Shown one piece after another: positions 50,578 through 61,600 of a DNA stretch of 64,000 bases. Below the pieces are notes generated by a model, which was not told the origin of the DNA, ran no database searches, and saw nothing but the letters and a program-made list of their open reading frames with translations. The translations under genes and the position numbers were made by a program. The stretch covers positions 9,960,784 to 10,024,783 of the forward strand of contig CM121341.1 of the NCBI GenBank assembly GCA_051530055.1. Reading direction: 5' to 3'. This stretch comes from Neoechinorhynchus agilis (taxonomy: Eukaryota > Animalia > Acanthocephala). Position 1 is the stretch's first letter; every line of letters begins with the position of its first letter.

Positions 50578-51240
50578 CTACTTTATGTTGTTCTTACTTT
50601 CTTTTTTGGAATGTTTGTCCAATTGTCTTTCAAAACGTTTTTGAAGAGTCGCCAATCTCCGTCTTTTCGGAACGTAAACATGTTCAATGTCCTTAAACTC
50701 AGTTGAAATCATCTGACCAACTTTCTGGCGAAGCAATGAACCATCTTTAGCTCGATAGAATATTTTTCTTAATTTACCGAAATTTCGGCTTACCGATTCT
50801 ACATAATCGAATAGTTCCGAATACTCTTTTATTAGTTCCTTATCAAAGATTGCACTTAAAACTGTTTCTGCTTCATTTTTCGTGTGCCCATATAGTACAG
50901 CATCAACATCAGCAAAATTGTATAAAACATTTTTACTTGCATCTTCTTCTAAAACACTTAAATCTCCAATTGAAACCTTTTTAGAATTCAGTACAAACGT
51001 AGATTTTCGGCCAGAACTGCCGGTTATTGTCAATATGTTCCTTCCTTGTTCGTCGATTTGAATGCATTTTTCAACACTTGATTTACTAGTCAACAATGCA
51101 ATAACATCTTTCTTGAGTTGAAAAATCGAGTATGATTTATCTATCGGTCTATCCTTTTTGTAAATTTTGTATTTATTTGAATCGATACATTGAGTAGGAG
51201 GTTCCTGGCAAACATCATTTAGCTTTCTTTTATTTGTCAT
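50578..51240 (-). CDS. Orphan ~220-aa basic protein (probable start MTNKRKL at 51240)
   Basis: Intronless open frame with NLS-like KRKL and PKRRRL; no family recognised. Confidence 0.5.
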   Translation of the reverse strand: MTNKRKLNDVCQEPPTQCIDSNKYKIYKKDRPIDKSYSIFQLKKDVIALLTSKSSVEKCIQIDEQGRNILTITGSSGRKSTFVLNSKKVSIGDLSVLEEDASKNVLYNFADVDAVLYGHTKNEAETVLSAIFDKELIKEYSELFDYVESVSRNFGKLRKIFYRAKDGSLLRQKVGQMISTEFKDIEHVYVPKRRRLATLQKRFERQLDKHSKKESKNNIK

Positions 51241-51500
51241 CTGAAAAAAGGACCGCGGTTTCGTTAAAATCCTTTCATAATTACAAACACTCAGTAAAAG
51301 GTAAACAAGAGCAATTGAACTATGAAGTGAAAACCGAAACTGGTCATAGAAACATTTTCCGCCAGTTGATTTGCTAGCATTTAAACCAAAAAAGAAAAAA
51401 CAATTTAAAAATATTGGCATATATTAAAAACCATCAAGGAAATAAACAAGGAAAATAGAATTAAAAAAGAAGTTCCAACACAAAAATTTCTCTTTTTTGT

Positions 51501-52791
51501 TTATAAGGCATCTTTACGATTCCATCTCAAAATCTTTGACAATTCATTTAGTAACTCGTTGATTCCGTCTTCTACCCCATAGCCCGTGATTCCACTGCAT
51601 TCCTTATATATTATGCGATGAGTATTGATTAAATCGCCAATAATGTCCAACTTTTCTCGTATTTCGTCTTCATTCATTGCACCCGGTATGTGGCACTTTT
51701 GTTGCAAACGCGAGGATTCAATTTATAATGATTGACACTGGATAGAAAAGTAATGGGTCTATAAAATTATTAATATATCAGTTCGTAAGGACGATCGCCA
51801 AAGAAGACGATTGCATGTTTTTTAGTTTAGATTGGAAATTCAAAATTACTTAGGTGGACTTTGCAGTTACAAACTAAAAAGTCAAAGATTCTGTTACTCG
51901 CAAAACGCATTTGCTAAACAGTTAAGGAAAATGCGACTAAAACTAACCGCCGAGTTCTTGATATACATTAGCGAATATTGGTTACCTTTTGTTTTATATT
52001 AAATTAAGGCAAAAAAACCAAAAATGCCGGCTTTAAAAAAATATTGGTTGACGATCAACATTCGAAACATAATCCCAATTTTAATGGGTTTATTTGTTTA
52101 TTCTTAAACGCAACAATTCTACTTATGTTTGTTTATGCCGGTGAAAAATTAAAACGAATTATTTCGGCAAGGCACAATCTTGTACGCATTCTTTATCAAG
52201 GTTGCTTAAGTGTCTCATTCGCATTGCGACCTTGATAAAGAATGTGTACAAAATTGCGCCTTGCCGAAAACAACCGGACGTAATAAATTCTTTTAATTTT
52301 TCACCGGCATAAATACCAGAATAATTCAATCTTAAAGCAATTCAACATATAAATCGCATAATATTTTATCTATTTAAATTTCCCACAGACAAAAGTACCA
52401 TCCGTATGTCGTGCTTATTGCCGAAAATTAGAAAGAGTGCATTGTTCAATCTTGGTTCAGCTAATAAATTTCCGAGTACTCGGCGGCATTCCAGAATTCT
52501 GTCCGGAGAAGCACAGTCAACGACAAAAATTACAACGTGTGTCCGTTCAAAGTACGTGTCCCAATATTGGCGAATGGAAGCTTGGCCACCAACATCCCAA
52601 ATATTCATTATAATATCGCCAAGCGTCTTAGTTCGGATGTCTAGGTTGAAGGATGGAGCGATGGAGTCAACATCTTCATTGAACATTTTATGAAGAATAG
52701 TTGTTTTGCCGGCGTTGTCGAGGCCTAGCATTACTATTCGAATAACTTTGGATTTGTGGAGACGCTTTCTCAGCACAGTCAGTAAAACCAT
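51501..52791 (-). CDS. Arf-like small GTPase, Arl2/Arl3-like; two coding segments (52791 to ~52400 and ~51700 to 51501)
   Basis: GLDNAGKTT, NIWDVGGQ and GNKHD in the first segment. IPGAMNEDEIREKL...CSGITGYGVEDGINELL in the second matches the Arl2 C-terminus. The splice junction is uncertain. Confidence 0.85.
52132..52313. repeat. Fold-back (MITE-like) element in the Arl intron
   Basis: Arms tttatgccggtgaaaaattaaaa...ctttatcaaggttgc and gcgaccttgataaag...ttttaatttttcaccggcataaa around a ~20-nt loop. Confidence 0.8.
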
Positions 52792-53958
52792 CTTTAAAAA
52801 GAATTTTAGTATATCAACGATACAATCTTTATTTTGGCAATAAACAACAGGTTATATGAAGTGCCTGAATTTTCTAGACCAATAAATCTTTACCAAACTG
52901 TATTGATTTTAAAAACGAGAATCGATAAATCGTAGCGATGATCATAAAGTGACTTTTACTAGTTTGAATCTCTAATTTAAAATTTTACACTACAAAACAA
53001 ACAATTTGTTATTGTGAAGTGAGCAATCAAAAGATGTAAAAGGAAAGAAAATCGTTTGGAATCGATTTTTGAAAAATTTCAAAATGGTTTGAAATAGAAA
53101 AATGAAGGAACATACAACTCCAATATTATTCATGGATAAACGCAATTTCAAAAGGTTACTTGAGATCGAGGGTTTAAAATCGTAATATACAAAAAACTAA
53201 TGTGAAATAAACAAGGAACATCTTTTCAATGTTTAGATTGGAATTTAAGTTCTCTGCTAAGATGGACAATGTTGACTATTTCGATTTTGGTTTGAATTTT
53301 GTAAAATCTTAAATCCATTTCTATTTTGAGGAAGTTGATCAATAATATTATTGTTCATTTCGAAGAATTATCATAAAAAATTCATTGGGATGATAAAGTT
53401 CGAATTGCGGTGACATATTTTTATTGATATGAAATATTTCGAAAGAGGAAGTCTTATTGTTTAATTGTTTCATTCGCAATCCAGGATTACCATCACCATA
53501 ATTTAAACAAATTATATGAGCATTTAAGCGCTAAAGATGTACGCTGTTGCGATTCCACGTACTATGTTCAAAAATTTGAGGAGCATTTAAGAGAATTCAA
53601 ATATTTCCACAGGGCAAAAAGGGAAAAAATAAAAAACTACTATGGGAGAATACCACGAATGTAAATATCGACCAAACTATTTTAACAGTGCGCAAAGCCT
53701 AAACCAGTAGATAATGGGTTTTTAATTGTAAATCAGGAATAGATGACTTAAGAGATCGGATTTCAATGTGGAATACAAAATAATGTGGGCGCATTTTGAA
53801 GACCTTTTAGATGATGTGAAATAAAGACTTGCGTGGGTTATGTTTAATGAATGTAACACGATATAAAAGTTAGTAAGACGGAGATACCCACAATTCAATG
53901 AGTGAGGATTATAAATAGCATGATTTTTGCGGCTTCCGTAAGAGTGAAATCGCATTGC

Positions 53959-56900
53959 ATGGAGAGCGACGAATCCGCCGTGAGGACTATATGCATGTTA
54001 AAGCTGCTAAGCGGAAAGCAGCTTGAGAAAGCTATAAACCTCTTCACGGTAAGTGCTATTAAGTAATCTCATTTGAAATGCTACTCGATTTTCCATCCGC
54101 ATGATCAAGTTTTGTTTTCGAAAATGAACACTTGGGAGAGAGGATGATCAAGCTTTCGCCATCTTTCGGCTTTAGCTCAAGAACCTACAAAGGTGCGTGG
54201 AAATCTGAAGTGTGTTAGCGACGTCCAGAACTCTCCTTCGCATTATCTGCGGAAACGCCATCCCTTTCCCTGATTCCTGAAGAAGCCGTAAGATGGTAAA
54301 GTTCGAAAATAGAGATTTTCTTTTTTTATCATTACAACAACCCGCCCAGGTGTCATTTTCGAAAACAAAACTTGGTATTAAGAGTAGTTTAATGATTCAC
54401 CCAATCGTTTTTGTAGAGTAAATCCATTATCGTCGAAGACGTGGAGGAAATGGAATCTAATGAAGCTCATACGATCTATAAACTTCAGTTACGTATGGAT
54501 TCTGAAGAGCTAGCGAGGACTTTAAAATGGCTGGACGGAGAAGTCCTCAAATTCTCGTTTAGTAGCAAATTCTCGAGTCAGAACGAGAAAAAGCAAGATA
54601 AGATTCAGGCCTTAAATGATTTGTTTAAAGATATACCAATGTCGCCCTTCGCTGATGTAGACTTGCATCGGATTCGACAAGAAGGTACCGAAAAAAATTA
54701 ACACTTTAGAAACTAACCTAAAGAGGTTAGTCGATGCCGCGGAGACGCCGTGGTTCCCTATAACCTCAGCGGAAATCGATCATTGCAGTAAAAAGGTGCT
54801 TTTGTATGGAAACGATGTTCAATTTGATTACCCGGTAATTATAAAATATAACTTGAGGTTATTACTACACAAAATACAATTATTCGGTGATTTTGTATCC
54901 TACACTAAAATGGATGCGACCATTCGATTCTCCGGGTCAAGAATGAAGAGAGCATAAATGATCTTTAACGAAGCGTCTTTCAGCGTGAGGATTTCAATAT
55001 TGGGGTGTTAGTCGTCCATAGCAAAATATACCGTCATTTTTTTTACAATTGCAGGTTTCCTATTAGACTTAAATTGAAAGCTCGAATATTCTAAGTTTCT
55101 TTTAGTATACTTTTCATTTTATGTGCTCCATTTAATGGTTTAAAATAGGGTTACGAACGTGAGGACTATCGACAAAGAAGATATTTGTTAGGACAACTGG
55201 CGATGAATTACTATCAGTAAGCGTTTTGCTTGAAATCGAAATCCCGAAGCTAAATTTTTTTAGTAAAAACCCAATTCCGAGAATTCAGTACAACAATGAA
55301 GAGTTTTCTACATGGTACATCTCGTCTAAGACATTTAATTTTCTAAACAATATATAGGCAAATGATATCGAAAACGCTTAGTAACGCTTATCCGATTTAT
55401 GCTTGTCGAGAATTCTACACAAATTTTAACGAGCTCATAAAAAACATTGACTACGGGTAATATCAGTTAATAACAAATGCTAAAAAATAAAAAGTATAAA
55501 AATCGAAGGTCGTCAGAGATTCCACAATTGGCGGATGTTAATGAGCACGTCAAGTCAAAAACGGGATTTTCACTTCGACCAGTAGCTGGATACCTAAGCC
55601 CGAGAGACTTTCTTTACAGTCTTGCGTTTCGAATATTTCCTTGCACTCAATATATCCGAATGTCGACGAATGTGGACTATACTCCGGAACCTGACTGCTG
55701 CCATGAGCTTCTAGGGCATATTCCGATGCTTATAGATCAAGAATTCACCGAATTAACACAGAAAATCGGATTGGCTTCGATCGGTGCGAATGAGGAAGAT
55801 ATAGAAAAATTAGCAAAGGTTAGCGTCAAAGATCAAATTTTCATTTTAATATTCTAGGATTAGTTGTATTTCTTCACTTTGGAATTTGGTTTATGTGTCG
55901 AAGATGGGAAGATTAAAGCACTTGGAGCAGGGTTGCTATCTTCTCCAAAGGAGCTTCAGGTAAGATCTTGTGGGCTGGAAAGGTTGAAAATTTCGAATAA
56001 TGATGGCAGTGGATAATCTTAAGCGATAAAATGATTCAAAGTGAAGAATAACTTCAGATTACATTAGAAACACGTCGTTTATCCGCGAATTAATTGGGAC
56101 ACCATTCGGATAAGAAATTTTTTAGGATAACCGAAATCAAATGTAACTTTATTGTTAAATATACATCAGAACGTCGTTTATTCGCGAATGAATTGTGGCC
56201 GGTCACCATTAGGATACGAAATTTTTTGAGGATAACCGAAATGTTGTGTTCGTAACATGGGCGGGAAATTTGTTTTAAGAAAAGCAAATTTAGTGTAGAA
56301 AATTACATAATTTAAGCGTTATTGTTGGAAATACATCAGAACGTCGTTTATCCGCGAAATAATTCGGACCGGGCACCATTCGGATACCAGATCTTTTTGA
56401 GAATAACCGAAAACCCGACGTAATTAGTTTATAAAGCTAGACTAATCTTATATGGCGCAACTAAAGAATTATAGATTAATTTAATTAATTTTCGGCCTAA
56501 GCGTGGGCCATCTTCAGATATTGTTTTCGGAGGACTCGAATTTTCCTCCGAAAACAATATCTGAAGAAGGCCCATGCTTAGGCCGAAAATTAATTAAATT
56601 AATATATAGTTCTTTAGTTGCGCCAAATATTAATTTACTAATCTTATAGACTCACGTATTAAAAACTTACAAACAATACTGAAGAAGATCCGAGATAGAG
56701 GATCGAAATATTTAATTTAATTAAATTTAATTACTTTCTCCACTCGAACAAAATAATCTTATAGCAACATCAGTTGAGTGGATCAGCAATCCGGATAAAA
56801 TTGACGTTCCACTGTATTTTTAAAAAGAATTATAAGCTTAGAACTTTTATACCTCGAAATTTAACGGCACAATTTTACTCAAATTTGTTTAATTATTGCT

Positions 56901-57282
56901 AAAATTAATTTTTTTTTCAAATTTAGCACGCAGTAACTTGCAAGAATCGTCAAATTTCCATGAATCCTGAGAACATCCTCAAAGCGGAATGTATGATCAC
57001 AAGTTTCCAAAATCAGTATTTTGTAGCTAAAAGTTACGGAGAAATGATAAAAATCATCAGGTGATTCAAAGATATTTTCTCAAACGCCGAAAAAAACACA
57101 ACTAAACTTCGAAAATATTTAGCGATTTCTGCGACTCAATTTCAAAACCGTTTCAAATGACTTACGATCAGGAGACAGGATCAATCGAGATAATGAGCTG
57201 TTTACCAAGAGCAGGAAAATTGCTGAGGGATATTGAATCGGATATTGCCATTGTCTTCAACGTCCCGGAGTCAATCGTTTAG
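53959..57282 (+). CDS. TPH: Biopterin-dependent aromatic amino acid hydroxylase, most like tryptophan hydroxylase; about 10 exons
   Basis: GT-AG exons give MESDES...NLFT; [14 protein letters not shown]...FDYP; [11 protein letters not shown]; [15 protein letters not shown]; [13 protein letters not shown]...[16 protein letters not shown]; [10 protein letters not shown]...GAGLLSS; [13 protein letters not shown]; stop at 57280-57282. GYLSP and ECxITxFQ are TPH-type. The Fe ligands (HELLGH, EFG) are retained. Confidence 0.88.
56066..56420. repeat. Three diverged ~90-bp repeat units in a TPH intron
   Basis: acgtcgtttat(c/t)cgcgaa...caccatt(c/a)ggata...ataaccgaaa at ~56072, ~56170 and ~56341. Confidence 0.75.
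56453..56625. repeat. 173-bp near-perfect palindrome whose arms carry hammerhead-like cores
   Basis: Arms of ~82 bp (tggcgcaactaaagaa...cggagga / tcctccg...ttctttagttgcgcca) with a 9-nt loop. The right arm has CTGAAGA-A-GGCC catgctta GGCC-GAA-AATT at 56561-56591. Confidence 0.82.
56674..56716 (+). ncRNA. Hammerhead-like motif of the same family as the Penelope 3' end at ~16440
   Basis: CTGAAGA-A-GATCC gagataga GGATC-GAA-ATAT-T; stem I is imperfect. Confidence 0.5.
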
Positions 57283-57364
57283 AATGTCTTTAGAAACTAA
57301 TGTCGCTTTAGAATAAATGTTTGTCGTTTAATGATTCTTGAAAAATGAAACTGCTCATGATTGA

Positions 57365-57487
57365 TGTGTAGTGGCGACAAAAATTATGTAAATTTATTGA
57401 ATCGATATTTCGGCCCAATCCAGAGAATTTATCAAGAGCCAAAATATTGATTTAATAAATTTACATAATTTTTGTCGCCACTACACA
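57365..57487. repeat. ~123-bp MITE-like element with 34-bp perfect terminal inverted repeats
   Basis: tgtgtagtggcgacaaaaattatgtaaatttatt ... aataaatttacataatttttgtcgccactacaca. Confidence 0.82.
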
Positions 57488-58049
57488 ACAAACAGTTTTA
57501 TGATTCTTTAAAGCAAGGAAAAATCAAGTGTAAAAATTGAGTACTACAATTTTTGACAAAGACGATAAGAAAACCAAAATTTTATGTCCCAATGTTAAAA
57601 AATCAGCTTTTGTTTCTAGAATAGTAACATGGATGAAGTTCAAAGCGAAAACAAATTGAACTACAAATACATTTTAAAAGATCCCAATCAAATTTGTGAC
57701 GTCACGAACACGGAAGAAATGTTTGATTTTAAAATTGCGATTCTCTCCTTTTTTCAAAGGCTTCTTATTTTTTAAGGTTTTTGCGTGTGAACTTCTAAGG
57801 CCAAATGGATTCACGTCGACCGAACTTCATGAATAGAGCACTTGAGAAAATTAGCATTAATTGCATGAAAAGTGCGATTCCGGGGCTGATGGGTTTCGTG
57901 TCTAATCAAAAAAAGATTATTAAAGATAAAGGAGAAATGCTTACGTGGAATGGCGTACACTGCGACCATGATCCAAGCTGACGTAATGACGCAACTGAAA
58001 AGAGTAAGAAATGAAAGGAACAGCCATAGCTGTGATGCTAATTGAAGTG

Positions 58050-58448
58050 TTAAGCTAGAATCTGGATCACTTTAAACTTACCAACTGGTCCAAAGCAACC
58101 TTCGCTATAAATCTCACCGCTGACTCGGTGATTAGAGACAAAGTTGACACTAAAATTGAAGATTAAAACCATGTTAAAAGCACCATTAAAACGTACGCCA
58201 ACAGAGCAAGCGTGGCCATTATTCCAATCGATAAATATGCCTTGTTGAATTCCGTCGATGTAGGATACAGTATCGCCGTATCGATTATTAGCCACCAACC
58301 AATAGAAAACTACGTCGCTCGCTAGACCGATAATCGCACCAATCAAATAACTCACCAGCACGCCGGAAAACACAGCTACCGTCTCGTTCCTCCTTATAAA
58401 TGCCAATGCCGATGAAAACATTTGCGAATCCGTACCAATGGAAAGCAT
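58050..58448 (-). CDS. Small orphan protein (132 aa) with one predicted transmembrane segment
   Basis: ATG-started open frame containing VAVFSGVLVSYLIGAIIGLASDVVFYWLV; no family recognised. Confidence 0.42.
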   Translation of the reverse strand: MLSIGTDSQMFSSALAFIRRNETVAVFSGVLVSYLIGAIIGLASDVVFYWLVANNRYGDTVSYIDGIQQGIFIDWNNGHACSVGVRFNGAFNMVLIFNFSVNFVSNHRVSGEIYSEGCFGPVGKFKVIQILA

Positions 58449-58620
58449 TTTTTGTGGCTTTTTAATAGAAAATCAAAGTCTTAACGCGTACGAAAGAAGT
58501 CGCTGTTATGTTGTTGTTTTGCTAAAACGTTTGTAGGAGTATAAAATTCAAAATATCTTCGAAATGAACTTGTGGTTGTCATAATCCAGTAATACAATTT
58601 TGTTTATTGAAATTTCACGA

Positions 58621-61600
58621 ATTATGATCATCAAAAGTTCATTTCGAGAATATTTTGAATGAGTCTAAAAGCCTAAGATTAAAAATATTCCCGAAATGAA
58701 ATTGTGGTGATTATAATGCCGGATATTTTCGGTAAACAAATTTTTATCCAGGATTATGATAAACACAAGTTCATTTCGATAATATTTTGATTCTATTCAA
58801 TTGTTGCCGGATATTTTCGGTAAACAAATTTTTATCCAGGATTATGATAAACACAAGTTCATTTCGATAATATTTTGATTCTATTCAATTGTTCCTTCGA
58901 ATGGATTTGTATTCTCAATGGCGAATTGTAACACATTCGAGTTTTATTATTGAACTCTTCATTGCGAATCTTCAAGGCCTCATCTCGAGTGTGTAACAAT
59001 TCGCCATTGAGAATAATATTTTGAATGAGCAAACAAAATTATTCTCGAAATAAGATTGCGGTGATCATAATTCGGGATATTTCAGTAAACAAATTTTATG
59101 ATAAACAAAAGTTCATTTCGAGAATATTTTGATTCTATTCAATTGTTCCTTCGAATGGATTTGTATTCTCAATGGCGAATTGTTACACTGTAGTTTTATT
59201 ATTGAAATCTTCATTGCGAATCTTCAAGGCCTCATCTCGAGTGTGTAACAATTCGCCATTGAGAATAATATTTTGAATGAGTAAACAAAATTATTCTCGA
59301 AATAAGATTGTGGTGATCATAATTCGGGATATTTCAGTAAACAAATTTTATGATAAACAAAAGTTCATTTCGAGAATATTTTAATTCTATTCAATTGTTC
59401 CTTCGAATGGATGTGTATTCTCAATGGCGAATTGTTACACTTCGAGTTTTATTATTGAAATCTTCATTGCGAATCTTCAAGGCCTCATCTCGAGTGTGTA
59501 ACAATTCGCCATTGAGAATAATATTTTGAATGAGTAAACAAAATTATTCTCGAAATAAGATTGTGGTGATCATAATTCGGGATATTTCAGTAAACAAATT
59601 TTATGATAAACAAAAGTTCATTTCGAGAATATTTTAATTCTATTCAATTGTTCCTTCGAATGGATGTGTATTCTCAATGGCGAATTGTTACACTGCTCGA
59701 GTTTTATTATTGAAATCTTCATTGCGAATCTTCAAGGCCTCATCTCGAGTGTGTAACAATTCGCCATTGAGAATAATATTTTGAATGAGTAAACAAAATT
59801 ATTCTCGAAATAAGATTGTGGTGATCATAATTCGGGATATTTCAGTAAACAAATTTTATGATAAACAAAAGTTCATTTCGATAATATTTTAATTCTATTC
59901 AATTGTTCCTTCGAATGGATGTGTATTCTCAATGGCGAATTGTAACACATTCGAGTTTTATTATTGAAATCTTCATTGCGAATCTTCAAGGCCTCAGCTC
60001 GAGTGTGTAACAATTCGCCATTGAGAATAATATTTTGAATGAGTAAACAAAATTATTCTCGAAATAAGATTGTGGTGATCATAATTCGGGATATTTCAGT
60101 AAACAAATTTTATGATAAACAAAAGTTCATTTCGAGAATATTTTAATTCTATTCAATTGTTCCTTCGAATGGATGTGTATTCTCAATGGCGAATTGTTAC
60201 ACTGCTCGAGTTTTATTATTGAAATCTTCATTGCGAATCTTCAAGGCCTCAGCTCGAGTGTGTAACAATTCGCCATTGAGAATAATATTTTGAATGAGTA
60301 AACAAAATTATTCTCGAAATAAGATTGTGGTGATCATAATTCGGGATATTTCAGTAAACAAATTTTATGATAAACAAAAGTTCATTTCGATAATATTTTA
60401 ATTCTATTCAATTGTTCCTTCGAATGGATGTGTATTCTCAATGGCGATTTGTAACACATTCGAGTTTTATTATTGAAATCTTCATTGCGAATTTTCAAGG
60501 CCTCAGCTCGAGTGTGTAACAATTCACCATTGAGAATAATATTTTGAATGAGCAAACAAAATTATTCTCGAAATAAGATTGTGGTGATCATAATTCGGGA
60601 TATTTCAGTAAGCAAATTTTATGATAAACAAAAATTCATTTCGAGAATATTTTGATTCTATTCAATTGTTCCTTCGAATGGATGTGTATTCTCAATGGCG
60701 AATTGTTACACTGCTCGAGTTTTATTATTGAACTCTTCATTGCGAATCTTCAAGGCCTCAGCTCGAGTGTGTAACAATAAACCATTGAGAATAATATTTT
60801 TAATGAGCAAACAAAATTATTCTCGAAATAAATGTGATCTATTGGATATTTCAGTAAACAAAATTATTCTCGAAATAAGATTGCGGTGATCATAATTCGG
60901 GATATTTCAGTAAACAAATTTTATGATAAACAAAAGTTCATTTCGAAAATATTTTAATTCTATTCAATTGTTCCTTCGAATGGATGTGTATTCTCAATGG
61001 CGAATTGTTACACTGCTCGAGTTTTATTATTGAAATCTTCATTGCGAATCTTCAAGGCCTCAGCACGAGTGCGTAACAATTCGCCATTGAGAATAATATT
61101 TTGAATGAGCAAACAAAATTATTCTCGAAATAAGATTGTGGTGATCATAATTCGGGATATTTCAGTATACAAATTTTATGATAAACAAAAGTTCATTTCG
61201 AGAATATTTTAATTCTATTCAATTGTTCCTTCGAATGGATGTGTATTCTGAATGGCGAATTGTAACACATTCGAGTTTTATTATTGAAATCTTCATTGCG
61301 AATCTTCAAGGCCTCAACTCGAGTGCGTAACAATTCGCCATTGAGAATAATATTTTGAATGAGTAAACAAAATTATTCTCGAAATAAGATTGTGGTGATC
61401 ATAATTCGGGATATTTCAGTATACAAATTTTATCATAAACAAAAGTTCATTTCGAGAATATTTTGATTCTATTCAATTGTTCCTTCGAATGGATGTGTAT
61501 TCTGAATGGCGAATTGTAACACATTCGAGTTTTATTATTGAAATCTTCATTGCGAATCTTCAAGGCCTCAACTCGAGTGCGTAACAATTCGCCATTGAGA

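Noticed and set aside
54140-54310. CCTGAAGAAGCCGTAAGATGG and a partially inverted copy in TPH intron 1, resembling a hammerhead
   Set aside because: Stem II and the GAAA spacing are broken; probably a decayed PLE terminus and too degenerate to call.
57629-58050. Possible small spliced + strand gene (MDEVQSENK...)
   Set aside because: Exon boundaries could not be made consistent and no family motif was recognised.
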